DNA of 64,000 nucleotides from NCBI RefSeq assembly GCF_055900595.2, contig NZ_CM148325.1; one strand, 5' to 3'. Shown piece by piece: positions 60,043 to 64,000 of this stretch (position 1 is its first letter; each line of letters starts with the position of its first letter). The notes under the pieces were generated by a model. It saw only the letters and a program-made list of their open reading frames with translations, ran no database searches and was not told where the DNA came from. The position numbers and the translations under genes were made by a program.

Positions 60043-61303
60043 TGACTTTCAATCCTTTATTTTTAACAAAAATGAATACCAGCAGACTTGAAATGATTGC
60101 TATGGCACCTGCAAGATAGAATGCGTAATCATATTTACCACTGAACTGGACAATAAAACCGGTTACCAATGGACCAATAATGCCGGAAATATTTGCCAGA
60201 CCGTGCATCGCACCGCCTACGCTACCTACTTTATCTTTATGCACTACATCCTGAATAACAGCCCAATAAATAGGTCCAGTTAGATAAAGCAGGAATAAGG
60301 AAACAGACATCAGCGTAATCGCACTACCAATAGAGGTAACAGTTCCGGAAACAGCGACACAAACCGCGGCCCCCGCAAGGCAACTGCCGAGAATTAAACG
60401 GCGAGAAAGTAAGGCATTTCCCGTAATACGATAAATAAAGTCAGAGCAGACGCCACCTAACACCATGCCAATTGCCCCAATAAACCACGGGATAACAGTT
60501 GCAATACTAATTTCTTTAATATCAATGTGTAATGAATGATTCAAATAGCTTGGAAACCAAGTAAGAAAGAAAAATAGAATATAGTTATAGCTAAAAAATG
60601 CCAGCGTGGTCGCCCATACCATCGGCTGCTTCATGTAATAACCAAGCGAAGGTGTACCTTTACCATCTTCGGCTAGAATAATATCGTCATGGTTTTCGAA
60701 ATCGACACGTTCTTCCGCTGCCAGACGTTTACTTTTTGACGGTTTATCACTGACAAAGAAGTACCACAGTAATACCCAAACTAGGCCAAATATAAATATG
60801 ATCCCAAACGCCGGACGCCAGCCAAGTGATATTGCCAGCAAGCCAACGACCGGACCAGAAATAGCGCCACCAAGTGGTGAACCAGCACTAAAAATACCGA
60901 TAGCTGTTGCCGACTCTTTACGCGAGATCCAGTTATTAATAATTTTATTTCCTGCTGCACTAACCGGGCCCTCTGCCATACCAAATAAAACACGTACGGC
61001 AAGCATTGTCCATAATCCGGTGACCAGACCGGTCATACCACAAAAAACAGACCACAACAGTGCAGCAACCAAAAATACTGTTTTGGGTCCAACTTTGTCA
61101 CTGGCCCAACCGCCAATGAAGTTAAATAAAGCATAACCAACGAAAAATGCGCTGAAAATCATCCCCATTTCAGCAGCATTAAAGCCTAACTCTTTTTCGA
61201 TAAGTGGGGCCGTAATCGATAATGCAGAACGATCCATATAGTTCAGCATGTAAACTATAAACAGAAGAAAAACGATAATCCACCCCATGGTTTTTCTTTT
61301 CAT
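60014..61303 (-). CDS. MFS transporter, anion:cation symporter family (hexuronate/aldonate transporter-like)
   Basis: 429 aa, 12 TM helices, MFS motifs (..YMDRSALS.. GWASDKVGPK..); overlaps the dehydrogenase start by 29 bp. Confidence 0.85.
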   Translation of the reverse strand: MKRKTMGWIIVFLLFIVYMLNYMDRSALSITAPLIEKELGFNAAEMGMIFSAFFVGYALFNFIGGWASDKVGPKTVFLVAALLWSVFCGMTGLVTGLWTMLAVRVLFGMAEGPVSAAGNKIINNWISRKESATAIGIFSAGSPLGGAISGPVVGLLAISLGWRPAFGIIFIFGLVWVLLWYFFVSDKPSKSKRLAAEERVDFENHDDIILAEDGKGTPSLGYYMKQPMVWATTLAFFSYNYILFFFLTWFPSYLNHSLHIDIKEISIATVIPWFIGAIGMVLGGVCSDFIYRITGNALLSRRLILGSCLAGAAVCVAVSGTVTSIGSAITLMSVSLFLLYLTGPIYWAVIQDVVHKDKVGSVGGAMHGLANISGIIGPLVTGFIVQFSGKYDYAFYLAGAIAIISSLLVFIFVKNKGLKVNESQSCVHQ

Positions 61304-61315
61304 GATATTTCCTCT

Positions 61316-61344
61316 TATTGTGGTCTAGCGGCCTGACCACAATA
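61316..61344. promoter_or_regulatory. perfect 10-bp inverted repeat in the MFS 5' leader (candidate operator or leader hairpin)
   Basis: TATTGTGGTC-N9-GACCACAATA, 13-41 nt upstream of the MFS start codon; contains a TGGTC/GACCA core. Confidence 0.35.
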
Positions 61345-61564
61345 TTTAATATTTATTTTTAGATCATCATAAAAAGAAGGGTTTTGTGATCAATATAACA
61401 AAAATGGGATAACCAGTGTTCAATAACAATTATAATCACTCTCTAGTTGTATGATTTTATTTACTCTATTTTGAGTGATTAATATGTAAGACAGTATGAC
61501 TTTCCGGGAGAGAGGCTCTGATCAACGTGGTAGCTTTAACGCGGGTTAGCACCAAGGCCAGTAC

Positions 61565-62423
<859 letters not shown>

Positions 62424-62535
62424 TAAATTATACCCCAAAAGTAACTTGATACGGGGTGAAGGCGGTTGGCCTCTGGTTACAAAGAAATCCTGATATATAA
62501 GGGATTAGAGGGGGTTTTGTTGACGTCGGGAGAGT

Positions 62536-63110
62536 TCAGAAGAGGCATGTTGGCGGAAGATCACAGATGGTGACCAGCTTGGCATTAAAGTGGTTATAGG
62601 CATAAAAGCGCACACCAAATACCCAGGGTTTCAGCAAGGGATTATTGGTCGGGATCTGCCGGTGGTGTCCTGCTAATACCCGGCTGGCCGTTTCATCATA
62701 AAATTCAAGCAGTTCAATGATGTCTTTAACTGTCGTGGGAGGAAAATCCTCGCATTCACGTATTACAGCCGACATGACTTTACCAGATACCCGGGAAATA
62801 TGGCCTTCAGCAATCTTACGTATCAAGCTTTCCGTACATGGCGGTCAGGATGAATGACATTTTGCAATTCTGCGATATATGGTGCCAGAAGCTGGCTAAA
62901 AACACGCTTCTCTTCATGACTGGCAAGGCCATAGCACGACATGTACTTGTCAGCTAAGCTGACCAAATACTGTGCTGAGTTCCGACCAGTTATGGTAGTT
63001 ATAACGTAATGCCACTGCATCCCGGGCGTAGCTTAGATTGATATTGAGCGACCGTGAAAGGTATTTGGCGTGGGCTTTTGCTTCAGCGCATGTGGGGATT
63101 TGTTTCATGG
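62536..63110 (-). pseudogene. hypothetical gene disrupted by two frameshifts
   Basis: Three consecutive minus-strand ORF pieces (MKQIPTCAEAKAHAKYLSRS.., ..DKYMSCYGLASHEEKRVF.., ..IRKIAEGHISRVSGKVMS..) overlap in different frames. Confidence 0.3.
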
Positions 63111-63576
63111 TTTAAGTCTCTTATCTGTCCTATGTGCTCACGAATCATAAGAATCAAAGACACTTAACCAAAAAAGATTTGATAAGTCTGCGCTGCATTC
63201 CGCTTTGGCCGTGAGCTGCCGGGTCGCGCTAACCTTGTGCTTAACGTATTGGAAAGTAGCACCATTGTCAACAGAGCCATTGACCCTGCCGGGCTAACAG
63301 AGAGGTTAGACATGAAGCGAGGTGCGATGCTGGCAGGCATCAGGTGAGGGGCTGATACCACACTTCTGCCATGGTTTCTGAATTATCAATGTCCGCTTTT
63401 GGGCATAGACGAGATTCATGCTCGGCAGGGACCGTAGCAAGCGAAAAGCGGAGGTTCGGGAAGGTTGTGATTTGCTTTTAACCTTTGTAATTTAGAAGTA
63501 TTATTTTAAGATTAATCCACTTCCCATCGTCATCCTTTCGGTGTTCGTGAAAAGCTATTTTTAAGGTTATTGCCTC

Positions 63577-64000
63577 ATGGAGTTATGGATATTTATAGTA
63601 GCGATTTATTTGATTTATATTCTTTTTTTCAAAAAGAAGAAAACTAAGTCCGCGGGCTCTTATACTTCCGCTCCTGTGAAAGCACCACCTAAAGAATGGC
63701 TTGCTAATAACAAAAAAAATCAGTCTGTAATGCACAACGAGGACAGCGAAGATGACAATCTGGCTACGTTTACACTAAGTGGCGGGCGGAATGCCGAATA
63801 CAGTATAACAGCCACTCAACGCCAGAATTTCTCAAAAACTACCGGTGCTTTGGCTCGCTGGATTTTACCGGGGGAGGTGATCACAGTCGGTGGGGTAGAG
63901 GTTACCGGCGGCTACTTCTATCTTGGACAGCGAATGAACCCTGTCGGGCATAACTCAGGCGGTTATTATGATGATAGTAGCGAGGCATCGCTAATTGACG
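63577..64000 (+). CDS. hypothetical membrane-anchored protein, 3'-truncated by window edge
   Basis: ATG at 63577, N-terminal TM helix (MELWIFIVAIYLIYILFF) then a Lys-rich linker and soluble domain (..WILPGEVITVGGVEVTGGYFYLGQRM..); no stop before the window end. Confidence 0.4.
   Translation, partial: MELWIFIVAIYLIYILFFKKKKTKSAGSYTSAPVKAPPKEWLANNKKNQSVMHNEDSEDDNLATFTLSGGRNAEYSITATQRQNFSKTTGALARWILPGEVITVGGVEVTGGYFYLGQRMNPVGHNSGGYYDDSSEASLID

Overview
E. coli chromosomal window in two parts. (1) 1-30.2 kb is conserved core in K-12-like order: glk (3' part), fryB-fryC-ypdF-ypdE-fryA, ypdC, ypdB/ypdA two-component system, alaC, ypdK, lpxP, yfdY, ypdI, yfdX, frc-oxc-yfdV-yfdE, evgS/evgA, emrK/emrY, dsdA. 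(2) At 30.2-35.5 kb a csc sucrose regulon (cscR, cscA, cscK, cscB) sits where dsdC and most of dsdX would be, leaving a dsdX 3' remnant. From a 15-bp argW 3'-end remnant at 35.94 kb to the window end is a low-GC accessory island. It carries an AlpA-like regulator, a PACE-like membrane protein with a divergent LysR regulator, a GntR regulator, an IS10-disrupted autotransporter, and an MFS transporter plus Zn-dehydrogenase pair, embedded in a dense nest of insertion sequences (IS911, IS30 x2, IS600, IS66-family, IS256-family, IS3-family, IS2-like, IS10, IS21 remnants) and a split group II intron remnant. The most interesting signals are structural: target-site duplications indicate an IS30-mediated inversion of about 15 kb, a group II intron inserted just after a terminator and later split by IS600, and a candidate sugar-acid cassette separated from its likely regulator. 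No rRNA, intact tRNA or CRISPR array was seen. All calls rest on reading the sequence and ORF translations by eye; no searches were run, and coordinates of non-ORF features are approximate (about +/-2 bp).
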